The notes under the pieces were generated by a model. The model saw only the letters and a program-made list of their open reading frames with translations. It did not search any database and was not told where the DNA came from. 43,166 nt of DNA from Kiritimatiellia bacterium (GTDB lineage: Bacteria > Verrucomicrobiota > Kiritimatiellia > RFP12 > JBMNHG01). The stretch's first letter is position 1. Each line of letters opens with the position of its first letter. This document shows positions 1 to 8,484 of the stretch, one piece after another. The position numbers were made by a program, and so were the translations under genes. Location: positions 62,001 to 105,166 of the forward strand of contig JBMNHG010000006.1 in the NCBI GenBank assembly GCA_050950285.1, given 5' to 3'.

Positions 1-135
1 CCGGACGCGCCCCTTCTCGTTCCAGTAGGCGGGGGTGAGGCGGTCGCCCAGGACAAGCAGGAGCACGGCGTAGAGCACGACCATCACGGCGACACCGGCG
101 AGGGCCTTTTCATGGTTGGAGGCGACGCTGCTCAT
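1..135 (-). CDS. Partial (N-terminus only) GspM/PilO-like inner-membrane protein
   Basis: ATG at 135 overlaps the TGA of the upstream gene (ATGA coupling). Reads MSSVASNHEKALAGVAVMVVLYAVLLLVLGDRLTP..., a single N-terminal TM helix, directly after a GspL/PilN-like gene. Runs off the window edge. Confidence 0.5.
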   Translation of the reverse strand, partial: MSSVASNHEKALAGVAVMVVLYAVLLLVLGDRLTPAYWNEKGRVR

Positions 136-1613
136 CGGCGGCCTCCTTCCCTTTCGGGCTTCGGATCGAAACGGGCGTCCACTTCGAAGCGCTCGACCCT
201 CCTGGCGGCGTTTCGGGTGGGGCCGGTGAGGGTGGAATTGTCGAAGAGGCCGCAGTTGGAGACGGCGTCCTGGAAGGCGTACACCTGGCGGGCTTCGGGG
301 GCTTCGCCGGCGATCTTGAGGCCGTCTTCGCGGCGGTAGGTGAGGCTGGTGAAGAGGACCTCGTCGGGCAGGACGCCGACAACCACGCGCAGGCATTCGA
401 GCATCGAGCGCGAGCGATCCATGTACGAGCGGATCAGGCGCACGCGGTCCCGGACATCCCGCACCTCGGCGTACGCGGGCTTGTCGCGTTCGACGGCCTC
501 CCGCATCCGGGCTTCGATACGGTCGTGGATCTTGGGGGCGAGCAGCAGCCCCGCGAGCAGCAGCACCCAGGCGAGGCCGGCGACGGCCATGGCACCGAAG
601 TAGCGCTTGCGGGCGACGGCGGAGAGTTCACGCTCCCGCCACGAGGCGGGCAGAAGGTCGAGGGGGGCGGATTGCGCGGCGCGGCGCGCGCATCCGGCTG
701 CGGCGGGGCCGAGTTCCGCGAAATCGACGAAGCGAACCGGTGCGCCGCCGGCCGCCTTCGAAAGCATGTCGGGCAACTGCGGGCCGGGGGCGGCGTCCGA
801 GACCAGCAACAGCTCTTCCACGGCCTTGCCGGAACCCTTGAGCTCGGCGCTCAGGAGGGAAAGCGTGAGGTCGAGTGCGAGGTCCTGCGGCGAACGCTCG
901 CTTCCGAGGCTGCGGCAAAGCACCGGGGCGCCCCCTTCGAGCAGGAGCACGTCCCATTCGCCGGCACGGCCGATCAGCACCACGTTCCGCCCGTCGCCCT
1001 GGGGGAGGACACGCGCGGAGGACAGGGTCCACCACCAGCCCAGGAGGGCGGAATCGATGCGACGGGCTTTGAGGCCGGCACTGCTGAGACGCGCATCCCA
1101 GCGGTCGGCGGTCGGCTTCGGGAGCGCGGCGGCGAAGACGCGGAGCGTCGTCTCCGTCTCGGCGAGGGTCTCGTGGCTCGAGGCGAGTTCGTCGCCCGGG
1201 AAGGGGGAGATGGCCTCCATCTGCAGCGGGACGATCTCCTCGAGGTCGCCGCCCGCTTCGCTGGGAAGTTCCAGCACCTTCACCAGCAGCTGGGAGGTGG
1301 GGAGGGCAAGCGACAGCGTTCCCCCGCCGAGTTCGGCGGCGGCCCGGCGGAGGATGCCGGCCCATCGGGCGTCCTCGCGGCGATTCGACTCGTCGGCCGC
1401 ATCGGCATCGGGCGCGCGTCCGGCGGCTTCGGCGGAGGGTTCGTCCGGCGAGGCCGTCGATTCCGCGGAGTCGCCTCGGGGCGGGAGGGGCCAGAAGCCG
1501 GAGGCCTCTGCAGACCAGCCTTCGCCGGAGCGCGACATCCGCACGCCGTGAAGCCCATCCGGCCCCGCAACGAGCGACATCCAATCCGCGTTTTTTTTCT
1601 TCGGGAACATCAT
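132..1613 (-). CDS. GspL / PilM-PilN-like type II secretion or type IV pilus assembly protein
   Basis: Actin-like cytoplasmic part (LALPTSQLLVKVLELP...LQMEAISPF), then DLLP, one TM helix and a PilN-like periplasmic part (LPDEVLFTSLTY...LKIAGEA). Start placed at MMFPKKK, just downstream of a predicted promoter. Confidence 0.7.
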   Translation of the reverse strand: MMFPKKKNADWMSLVAGPDGLHGVRMSRSGEGWSAEASGFWPLPPRGDSAESTASPDEPSAEAAGRAPDADAADESNRREDARWAGILRRAAAELGGGTLSLALPTSQLLVKVLELPSEAGGDLEEIVPLQMEAISPFPGDELASSHETLAETETTLRVFAAALPKPTADRWDARLSSAGLKARRIDSALLGWWWTLSSARVLPQGDGRNVVLIGRAGEWDVLLLEGGAPVLCRSLGSERSPQDLALDLTLSLLSAELKGSGKAVEELLLVSDAAPGPQLPDMLSKAAGGAPVRFVDFAELGPAAAGCARRAAQSAPLDLLPASWRERELSAVARKRYFGAMAVAGLAWVLLLAGLLLAPKIHDRIEARMREAVERDKPAYAEVRDVRDRVRLIRSYMDRSRSMLECLRVVVGVLPDEVLFTSLTYRREDGLKIAGEAPEARQVYAFQDAVSNCGLFDNSTLTGPTRNAARRVERFEVDARFDPKPEREGGRR

Positions 1614-1623
1614 TGAAAGCAAA

Positions 1624-1652
1624 AGTGTACCGAAACGGGGACGCCGTTCCAA
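1624..1652 (-). promoter_or_regulatory. Sigma70-like promoter for the GspL-like gene
   Basis: TTGGAA-N17-TACACT on the minus strand, 10 nt upstream of the ATG at 1613. Confidence 0.45.
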
Positions 1653-1707
1653 GAAGAAAGGCATTTGCTTTTCCCCCATCCGAATCCGAATCCGAGGAGC
1701 AATGGAA

Positions 1708-1736
1708 TTGACATCGCTCCCTTTGGGGTGTATCGT
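1708..1736 (+). promoter_or_regulatory. Sigma70-like promoter for the zinc-ribbon gene (possibly also rnpB)
   Basis: TTGACA-N17-TATCGT with a perfect -35 hexamer. Confidence 0.6.
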
Positions 1737-1781
1737 GTTTTCCGTTTTTTCTAGTTCCCAGACCTATAAGGAAGGTGTCTC

Positions 1782-2483
1782 GTGAATTTCATGGCTCCAT
1801 TGTTGTCGCTTCAGGAGATTGATGGTCGTATTCGCGAGTTGCAGCAGGAAATCCGCGACATACCCACGCGAAAGGGCATGGAGAAGGGCCGTCTCAGCGA
1901 TACGACGGAGCGCTTGGAAAGCGCAAAGGCGAAGTATCAGGGCATGCAGGCCAAGATTGCGGACCTCGACACCTCCATCGCCCTGCAGAACGAACGGATT
2001 CGCAAGTTCCGCCAGCAGCAGCTTTCTCTCCGGACCAACGAAGAGTTCCGGGCGATGGGGCAGCAAATTCAAAGCGCCGAGAAGGAAGTCGAACGCCTGG
2101 AGCTGGAGCAACTCACCCTGCAGGAGGGGCTGGACCCGATGAAAGAGGATATGGAATCGATCCGGGCCAAGCTCGCCGAAGAACTGGAGGGGGTGGACGC
2201 CACGCTCAACGAGCTCGAAGAGCGCATGGTCCAGGCCGAGGAAATGCTCGGCAAACTCAAGAAAGAGCGCATCGAGGCCGAGAAGGCGGTTTCCAAGCAG
2301 TTTTTGCAGTATTACATCCGCGTGAAGAAATCCCGCTGGCCGGTGGCCGTCCCGTTGCAAGACGGATCCGTCTGTGGCGGCTGCCACCTGGTCCAGCCCC
2401 CGTCTTCGCTGCGGATGCTCGAGCACAACACCGTGCCGGTCACCTGCCAGATGTGTGGCCGCATGTTGTATCTGGACTCGTAA
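1782..2483 (+). CDS. C4-type zinc-ribbon coiled-coil protein (DUF164 / CT398-HP0958 family)
   Basis: N-terminal LLSLQEIDGRI, long heptad coiled coil, C-terminal CGGCH...CQMCGRMLY zinc ribbon; SD-like AAGGAAGG upstream. Confidence 0.85.
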   Translation: MNFMAPLLSLQEIDGRIRELQQEIRDIPTRKGMEKGRLSDTTERLESAKAKYQGMQAKIADLDTSIALQNERIRKFRQQQLSLRTNEEFRAMGQQIQSAEKEVERLELEQLTLQEGLDPMKEDMESIRAKLAEELEGVDATLNELEERMVQAEEMLGKLKKERIEAEKAVSKQFLQYYIRVKKSRWPVAVPLQDGSVCGGCHLVQPPSSLRMLEHNTVPVTCQMCGRMLYLDS

Positions 2484-2545
2484 TGTATTTCTCCGGCAGG
2501 GTAGGGGAGGCCGCCCTTTCGGAGCACGTCCCTTTGGCCTTCGAT

Positions 2546-2906
2546 GTGGAATGCGAACGATCGCTCCGGCTCGACCGGGGAGGAAAGTCCGGACTCCATA
2601 GGGCAGGATGTCCCGTGGTGAACGCGGGAAGGGCGCTGCCAGAACGGCGTCGATGGAAAGTGCCACAGAAAACAAACCACCGTTCGCTTCGGCGGGCGGA
2701 AAGGGTGAAAAGGCGGTGTAAGAGACCACCGGGCTTCCGCGCAAGCGAAGTCGCACGGCAAACCCCATCCGGAGCAAGATCAAATAGGGGAGGAGGCGTT
2801 GCCCGCGCCGCCCGGCCGCAAGGCCGGTACACTTCCGGGTTGATCGCGTTAGAAAAATGATCGTACGCCCGCAAGGGCGACAGAATCCGGCTTATGAACA
2901 TTCCAC
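2546..2906 (+). ncRNA. rnpB: RNase P RNA (bacterial type A)
   Basis: Universal motifs GAGGAAAGTCCGG (2580), GGAAAGTGCCACAGAAA, GGGTGAAAAGGCGGTGTAAGAG, GGCAAACCCC...GGAGCAAG and ACAGAATCCGGCTTAT (2880-2895). P1 helix GTGGAATG (2546-2553) pairs with CATTCCAC (2899-2906). Confidence 0.96.
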
Positions 2907-3808
2907 GTCGAAAGGCCCTTTTGCTTTCCCCCGGATGGGCGGTCGCAGCCCTCGGGGCACTCCTGTTCTTTGCTCTTTTGTTCGCCCGTAACCTGAACGA
3001 GATAAGGGAGATGCAAAATAGTCAAAAGGGCGCGGCGGCGGAGGGGACGTACGGTTCCGACGAACGCATCGACACGCCGGTCTTCGATGCCGTGCTGGGC
3101 GAGGTGCTGCGCCCGGCGGCGATTGTGCCGCGTCTTCCGTCCGGCCAGCTTGCCCGACGCTTCCGTCTGGTCGGCTCGATGGCGGATGGGGTAGGGGAGT
3201 CGGCCGTGTGGACGGTCATCCTCGAGGATGTTGAAACGAATCGCCAGCTCCGGGCAAAGCCCGGCGACGAACTTCTGCCTGATTCGCACGTGGTGGAAAC
3301 GGGTCCGGATTTCGCGAAGGTCGAGGCTCCGGACGGCGTACACTGGATCGTCCGCGACCGCGCGAAGGCGCTGGAAACGCGATTCGTCGTCCCGGGCGAA
3401 TCGGATCCGGATAAGCGCGATGCCGAAGGACGCGACGCCTTCGGCGGGCGGAAGGTCGAAGAGAACCGCTGGGAATTCAGCCGTGGCATGTTGATGGACT
3501 ACTACGCGGATCTGCTGCGGAATCCCGAGCGTCTGGTGGCGGTCTTCGACTCCATGGAGCCCCTCTACGACGACCGGCAAAAGATCGAGGGCTATCAGCT
3601 CAACGTCCTGGGCGAAGCGGCCTTCTTCGAATCGGTCGGGTTCGTCCAGGGGGACATTGTCCGCGCGGTGAACGGCGTGCAGATGACCAACCGGCGCCGG
3701 GCGGAGAATTTCATCCGCCGCGTGGTCGAGGAGGGACTCGACACGGTGGTGATCGAGATCGAGCGAGACGGCACGCCGCTCAAGAACATCTACCAGACGG
3801 TTCCGTGA
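2894..3808 (+). CDS. Type II secretion protein GspC-like (TM, HR domain, PDZ domain)
   Basis: N-terminal TM (WAVAALGALLFFALLFA), HR-like FRLVGSM...VILED, PDZ-like EGYQL...FFESVGFVQGDIVRAVNG. Start is ATG 2894 (inside the rnpB 3' end) or in-frame TTG 2921. Confidence 0.75.
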   Translation: MNIPRRKALLLSPGWAVAALGALLFFALLFARNLNEIREMQNSQKGAAAEGTYGSDERIDTPVFDAVLGEVLRPAAIVPRLPSGQLARRFRLVGSMADGVGESAVWTVILEDVETNRQLRAKPGDELLPDSHVVETGPDFAKVEAPDGVHWIVRDRAKALETRFVVPGESDPDKRDAEGRDAFGGRKVEENRWEFSRGMLMDYYADLLRNPERLVAVFDSMEPLYDDRQKIEGYQLNVLGEAAFFESVGFVQGDIVRAVNGVQMTNRRRAENFIRRVVEEGLDTVVIEIERDGTPLKNIYQTVP

Positions 3809-3874
3809 TTTGGACGGGCGCCGTCCGTGCTTCTTCCGAAAGTCCTGCCCCCCTCGCCCCCGAAACGCGCCCCA

Positions 3875-3902
3875 AGTTTACATAACAGATATTATGCGAC
3901 GT
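3875..3902 (-). other. dif: dif site (XerC/XerD chromosome dimer resolution site)
   Basis: Minus strand reads ACGTCGCATAA-TATCTG-TTATGTAAACT versus E. coli dif GGTGCGCATAA-TGTATA-TTATGTTAAAT. 11-6-11 architecture, intergenic between convergent genes, AT-rich in a high-GC background. Confidence 0.85.
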
Positions 3903-3950
3903 TGATTGGGGGGGGGGGGCCCGACAAACGGAAATTCGGACGGTTCGCGC

Positions 3951-4505
3951 CTAGTGCAACTTGGCGGCCGCCGCGGACTCTTTCTGAAGGCGCCGGAGCT
4001 TTCCGGCAATGGCGACCTTTTGAAGCGGGCTGATGTGGTCGATGAAGAGCACGCCGTCGAGATGGTCGAGCTCGTGCTGGACGGCGCGGGCCAGAAGTCC
4101 ATGCGCCGTAATCTCGTGCGGATGGCCTTCAACGTCCTGATAGCGCACCGTCACGTGCAAAGCCCGTGTGACCAGTGCGGTGATTTCGGGGAAGCTGAGG
4201 CACCCCTCGTCGTCGCGCTGCTCGCCTTCGCGGGCCGTAATCGTCGGATTGACCAGCACCAGCGGCATGGGGATCGAGGCGTTGCCCTCCACGTATTCCT
4301 TGCACTCGACTTCCGCAGGGACGTCGATGACGCACAACGCACAGGTTTCGCCCACCTGCTCGGCGGCCAGCCCGACTCCGTTGGCGGCGTACATCGTCTT
4401 CAGCATGCGTTTGACGAGATTTGCCAGTTCAGGCGTGAAGTCCACGACCGGCCTGGCCTTTTGGCGAAGGATTTCCTCTCCATACTGGGTGATGCGCATC
4501 GGCAT
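3951..4505 (-). CDS. def: Peptide deformylase
   Basis: GVGLAAEQVG, EGCLS and QHELDH motifs. Confidence 0.96.
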   Translation of the reverse strand: MPMRITQYGEEILRQKARPVVDFTPELANLVKRMLKTMYAANGVGLAAEQVGETCALCVIDVPAEVECKEYVEGNASIPMPLVLVNPTITAREGEQRDDEGCLSFPEITALVTRALHVTVRYQDVEGHPHEITAHGLLARAVQHELDHLDGVLFIDHISPLQKVAIAGKLRRLQKESAAAAKLH

Positions 4506-4508
4506 GCG

Positions 4509-7130
4509 TCATACCTCCGTCGTTCCCGATGCCTGTCCCCTGCCCTTTCGGGAACGTCGCATGGAGCTCCGTTCCGAGGGGCGGATGTCGTACTTCGCGG
4601 CAATCTCCTCGAAGTCGGGGATGGCGTCCTTGTAGTTTACGAATAATCGCTTCAGTGCGGCAATCTGGCGGCTGGTGAGCATGTTCTTGTGTTTGAACTG
4701 CCGGGAGATGCTCTCGAAGAATTCGGCATCGTTGAAAACCCTCTTCCCCTTGCCGCGCGGGGCGGGCTCGTTCCACTTCTCGATGCGCCCAAGGGCTTCG
4801 AGGATTGGGGCGACAGCCGGATCGACCTTCTGCCGGTCGGCCCCGGAAAGGATGTTTTCGGGGATTTCCAGCTCATGCCGGATGGACTCGAAGCCCGGAA
4901 TCACGGCGCGATGCGCGACCACGATGCGATCCAGCACGGCGGTTTGCTTCTCGCTCAATCCCGATCCGGATTGCACGCGGCTGTTGAAGGAGTCGATGAA
5001 ATCGAGGTCGCGCTTGTCCAGTTCGATGTTCTTCAAGAGATCGAGCTTGCGAATCGTGCTGGCGGCGGGCGGCGGAATGTTGGCCGACCTTTCGACGAGG
5101 TCGTCAAATCCAAAGGATTTTGCCGCCTCCTCGGCGGCGGGGACCTGGTCGCGATACTTGAGAAGGATATTCACAAGCCATTTGAACTGGTTCGCGCTGA
5201 CGGTTTTGTTCTCGTCGCGAATCAATTCGCGGATCGATTCCACGAACCGGGCGTCATCGCGTGTCCGATTGCCACGCTTGACGGGGGGCGCCCATTTCTC
5301 CACTTGTTCGAAGAGCGAAAGCACCGTTTCGACCTTTTCGACATCGGCCGGCGGTCCCTTGGCTTCCGCAAGCCAGACCAGGAAGCGTTCGTAGAAGGCC
5401 GAAAGCATGTCCGTCCAGGCGAGGCCCTGCTCTTCGATCTTGTCGAGCTCCTCCTCCATCTCGGCGGTGAATCCCACGCCGAACAGCTCGTCCATCTTCT
5501 CGGTCAGGAAGTCGACAATCGTCATGCCGAGGTCGGTCGGCACGAGCGTCCGTTTCTCGCGCGTCGCGTACTTGCGGGAGACGATGGTCTCGATCGTGGA
5601 GGCGTAGGTGGAGGGGCGCCCTACCCCGTTCGCCTCGAGTTCGCGGACGAGCGCAGCCTCGCTGAAGCGGGCGGGCGGCTTGGTCTCCTTGCCTTCCGAG
5701 TTCCACTTCAGCACGTCGAGCGCATCGCCGACGGCGAGCGGGGGAAGCCGGTCGACGATCGTCTCGTCGACTTCCTCTTCGGGATTCTCCGGCCCCTCCT
5801 TGTCCGGGTCGCGGAATCGGCGGATGTCGAGGGCCATCACCTTCAGGAACCCCTGGAAGAGCACCTGCGAGGCCGTGGCGGTGAACGCGTAGTCGTGCGC
5901 GGAGGCATCGCGGGGCTCGGGCGCGGCGGCAACGACGGTCAGCCGCTCGATGCGGGCGGCGCTCATCTGGCAGGCGACGAAACGGCGCCAGATCAAGTCG
6001 TAGAGCTTCAGGGCCTGGGGATCCAGGATGTGGGCCAGCGAATCGGGGGTGCGCGTCACATCGGTGGGACGGATGGCCTCGTGGGCTTCCTGGGATCCGC
6101 GGCGGCCGCGGTAGAAATTCGGTTTTCCGGGGAGGAAGTCGGAGCCGTATTCGGAGCCGATGAACTGGCGCACCTCCTCCAGGGCGTCGCGGGAGAGATT
6201 CACCGAATCGGTCCGCATGTAGGTGATGAGACCCACGGGGCCACCCTTCCCGAGGTCGATGCCTTCGTAGAGCTTCTGGGCGATGCTCATCGTGCGCCCC
6301 GGGGGGAAACCGCACACGGACGAAGCCGCCTGTTGGAGGGTCGACGTGATGAAGGGCGGCAGCGGGCGGCGCGTGATCTCGCGGCGGATGATGTCCGCCA
6401 CGCGCATGCCGTGGCCTTGCAGCTCGCCCAGGGCGGCGTTCGCCGCCTCCTCGCTCTTGATGTCCGCCTTGGCATCGTCGATCCGGGCCAGGCGCACCGT
6501 GAAAGGCTCCTTCTCCGCATCGTGCCTGGCGACCTCGGCCGAGAGGATCCAATAGGCTTCGGGGATGAAGGCCTGGATCTTCTTTTCGCGCTCGCAGAGG
6601 AGCCGGAGGGCCACCGACTGCACGCGCCCCGCGCTCAGCGTCCATTTGTTCAGGTGCTGCCAGAGCAAGCGGCTCACGCGGTAGCCCACGATGCGGTCCA
6701 GGATGCGGCGCGCCTGCTGGGCATCGACGCGGGACTGGTCGATCTCGCCGGGGTTCTCGAAGGCCGCCCGGACGGCGCGGGGGGTGACCTCATTGTACCG
6801 CACGCGATAGACAGGCTTGCCCTTCATGACCGGGGAGAGCACTTCGCTCAGGTGCCAGGCGATGGCTTCCCCTTCGCGGTCGGGGTCGGAGGCCAGGTAC
6901 AGCGCATCGCACTGCCTGGCGGCACGCTTCAGGTCGTCGACGACCTTCTCCTTGTCCTTCATCAGGACGTACCGGGGCGCGAAGTTGTTTTTGCAGTCCA
7001 CGCCCATCCCCCCTTCCGGAAGGTCGCGGACGTGGCCCAACGAAGCCTTTACGACATAATCGCCGCCGAGAATTTTGGAGATGGTTTTCGCCTTGGCGGG
7101 AGATTCGACGATCACGAGTTTCTTCGGCAT
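4509..7130 (-). CDS. topA: DNA topoisomerase I (type IA) with atypical C-terminal repeats
   Basis: LVIVESPAKAKTI, TOPRIM SDPDREGEAI, SAGRVQS, catalytic GLITYMRTDS, QEAHEAIRPT, GRPSTYA. Start MPKKL at 7130. Confidence 0.96.
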   Translation of the reverse strand: MPKKLVIVESPAKAKTISKILGGDYVVKASLGHVRDLPEGGMGVDCKNNFAPRYVLMKDKEKVVDDLKRAARQCDALYLASDPDREGEAIAWHLSEVLSPVMKGKPVYRVRYNEVTPRAVRAAFENPGEIDQSRVDAQQARRILDRIVGYRVSRLLWQHLNKWTLSAGRVQSVALRLLCEREKKIQAFIPEAYWILSAEVARHDAEKEPFTVRLARIDDAKADIKSEEAANAALGELQGHGMRVADIIRREITRRPLPPFITSTLQQAASSVCGFPPGRTMSIAQKLYEGIDLGKGGPVGLITYMRTDSVNLSRDALEEVRQFIGSEYGSDFLPGKPNFYRGRRGSQEAHEAIRPTDVTRTPDSLAHILDPQALKLYDLIWRRFVACQMSAARIERLTVVAAAPEPRDASAHDYAFTATASQVLFQGFLKVMALDIRRFRDPDKEGPENPEEEVDETIVDRLPPLAVGDALDVLKWNSEGKETKPPARFSEAALVRELEANGVGRPSTYASTIETIVSRKYATREKRTLVPTDLGMTIVDFLTEKMDELFGVGFTAEMEEELDKIEEQGLAWTDMLSAFYERFLVWLAEAKGPPADVEKVETVLSLFEQVEKWAPPVKRGNRTRDDARFVESIRELIRDENKTVSANQFKWLVNILLKYRDQVPAAEEAAKSFGFDDLVERSANIPPPAASTIRKLDLLKNIELDKRDLDFIDSFNSRVQSGSGLSEKQTAVLDRIVVAHRAVIPGFESIRHELEIPENILSGADRQKVDPAVAPILEALGRIEKWNEPAPRGKGKRVFNDAEFFESISRQFKHKNMLTSRQIAALKRLFVNYKDAIPDFEEIAAKYDIRPSERSSMRRSRKGRGQASGTTEV

Positions 7131-7182
7131 GCGGTATCCTTTGCAACACAACAGCAACGCTCCGGCTCGATTCCATTCGGAG

Positions 7183-7292
7183 CGTGGAAAGTTTTTTTGT
7201 TAGCACAGCGAACCGGTATCGGGCAAGTGGAAAGATAGTGGAGAAGATTGTGGAGAACGAGTTGCACGGGTGCAAAACAAAACGCACGTTTT
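7183..7292. promoter_or_regulatory. Cluster of GTGGA(A/G)A direct repeats (DnaA-box-like) plus two palindromes in the divergent topA/mrp intergenic region
   Basis: CGTGGAAAG 7183, AGTGGAAAG 7226, AGTGGAGAA 7237, TGTGGAGAA 7249 (one mismatch to TGTGGATAA); TTGCAC-GG-GTGCAA 7262-7275; AAAACG-CA-CGTTTT 7279-7292. Confidence 0.45.
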
Positions 7293-7596
7293 CGCGGAAA
7301 CGGAAAACCGGCACTCGTCCCAGCCCGACCGGTCGAAACGGACAGGTTCTGGCCGTTTGTCCTAACGTGCCGCGTTCCGGACAGTTCGGATTTCTGACGC
7401 CCCCTCCCCTGCCCCGCCCGGAAAACGGCGCGCCGCGATTCGGCTCCTGCCTCCCTTCCCCATCGGAACCTTCCCGGCTGACGAAATGCGCCCGAGGCTC
7501 GGGACAAGTTCCTCCTTTCCATTCCCCGTGCGTAGCGATACACTTCCTTTTTTCCATGCGGGGTGGCTCACCCTGCCGCCAAAAAGGATTCCGACG

Positions 7597-8454
7597 ATGT
7601 CTGGACAGGAAACATGCTCGGGCGACTGCGCGAACTGCAGCCACACCGAAAAACACAACTCCGAAGAGTGCCGCCTTCGCGCGGCGATGGCGCGGATCCG
7701 CCACAAGATTGTCGTGTTGTCCGGCAAGGGCGGCGTGGGCAAGAGCACCGTGGCCGTGAACCTCGCCATCGCGCTCGCGCTCGAGGGCAAGAAGGTCGGC
7801 TTGCTGGACGTGGACGTGCACGGTCCCAGCGTGCCGAAGATGCTGGGTGTGGAAACGGCGCGGCCCACGGCGGCGAACGGCAAGATCCAGCCGGTCGAAG
7901 CCTTCGGGATCAAGGTGATTTCGGTGGGATTCCTGCTGGAGTCGCCGGACACCGCCGTGATCTGGCGCGGGCCGATGAAAATCGGCGTGATCCGCCAGTT
8001 CCTGATGGACGTGGAATGGGGCGGGCTGGATTACCTCGTGATCGACTCGCCGCCCGGGACGGGGGATGAGCCGCTCACGGTTTGCCAGTCGATTCCGGAT
8101 GCCGACGGCGCGGTGGTGGTGACCACTCCGCAGGCCGTTGCGGCGGCGGACGTCTCGAAGTCCCTGGACTTCTGCCGCCAGCTCGAGATCCCGGTGCTGG
8201 GTCTCGTGGAGAACATGAGCGGCTTCGTGTGCCCCCACTGCGGGACGGCCACAAGCATCTTCTCTTCCGGCGCGGGCGAATCGCTCGCGGAGCAACATGG
8301 CGTCCCCCTGCTGGGCAAAATCCCCATCGACCCGCGCATCTGCGCGTGCGGCGACGACGGCACGCCGTTCGTCTTCCAAATCGGCAAGACGCCGGTGGGC
8401 GAGGCCTTCCGCGAAATCGCCCTGACCCTGCTGGGCCGCCTGGAGCAGGCCTAG
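7597..8454 (+). CDS. mrp: Mrp/NBP35 (ApbC) Fe-S cluster carrier ATPase
   Basis: N-terminal CSGDCANC, SGKGGVGKST, DVDVHGPS, WRGPMK, DSPPGTGD, ENMSGFVCPHC; SD AAGGA before ATG 7597. Confidence 0.93.
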   Translation: MSGQETCSGDCANCSHTEKHNSEECRLRAAMARIRHKIVVLSGKGGVGKSTVAVNLAIALALEGKKVGLLDVDVHGPSVPKMLGVETARPTAANGKIQPVEAFGIKVISVGFLLESPDTAVIWRGPMKIGVIRQFLMDVEWGGLDYLVIDSPPGTGDEPLTVCQSIPDADGAVVVTTPQAVAAADVSKSLDFCRQLEIPVLGLVENMSGFVCPHCGTATSIFSSGAGESLAEQHGVPLLGKIPIDPRICACGDDGTPFVFQIGKTPVGEAFREIALTLLGRLEQA

Positions 8455-8484
8455 CCCATCCCATCCATCGCAAGGAGATTCATC

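Noticed and set aside
2312..2901. Several short ORFs on both strands over 2312-2901
   Set aside because: They overlap the RNase P RNA gene and show no protein motifs.
7183..7292. Interpretation of the DnaA-box-like cluster as oriC
   Set aside because: No dnaA/dnaN/gyrB nearby, no clear unwinding element, only one near-consensus box, and dif is 3.3 kb away.
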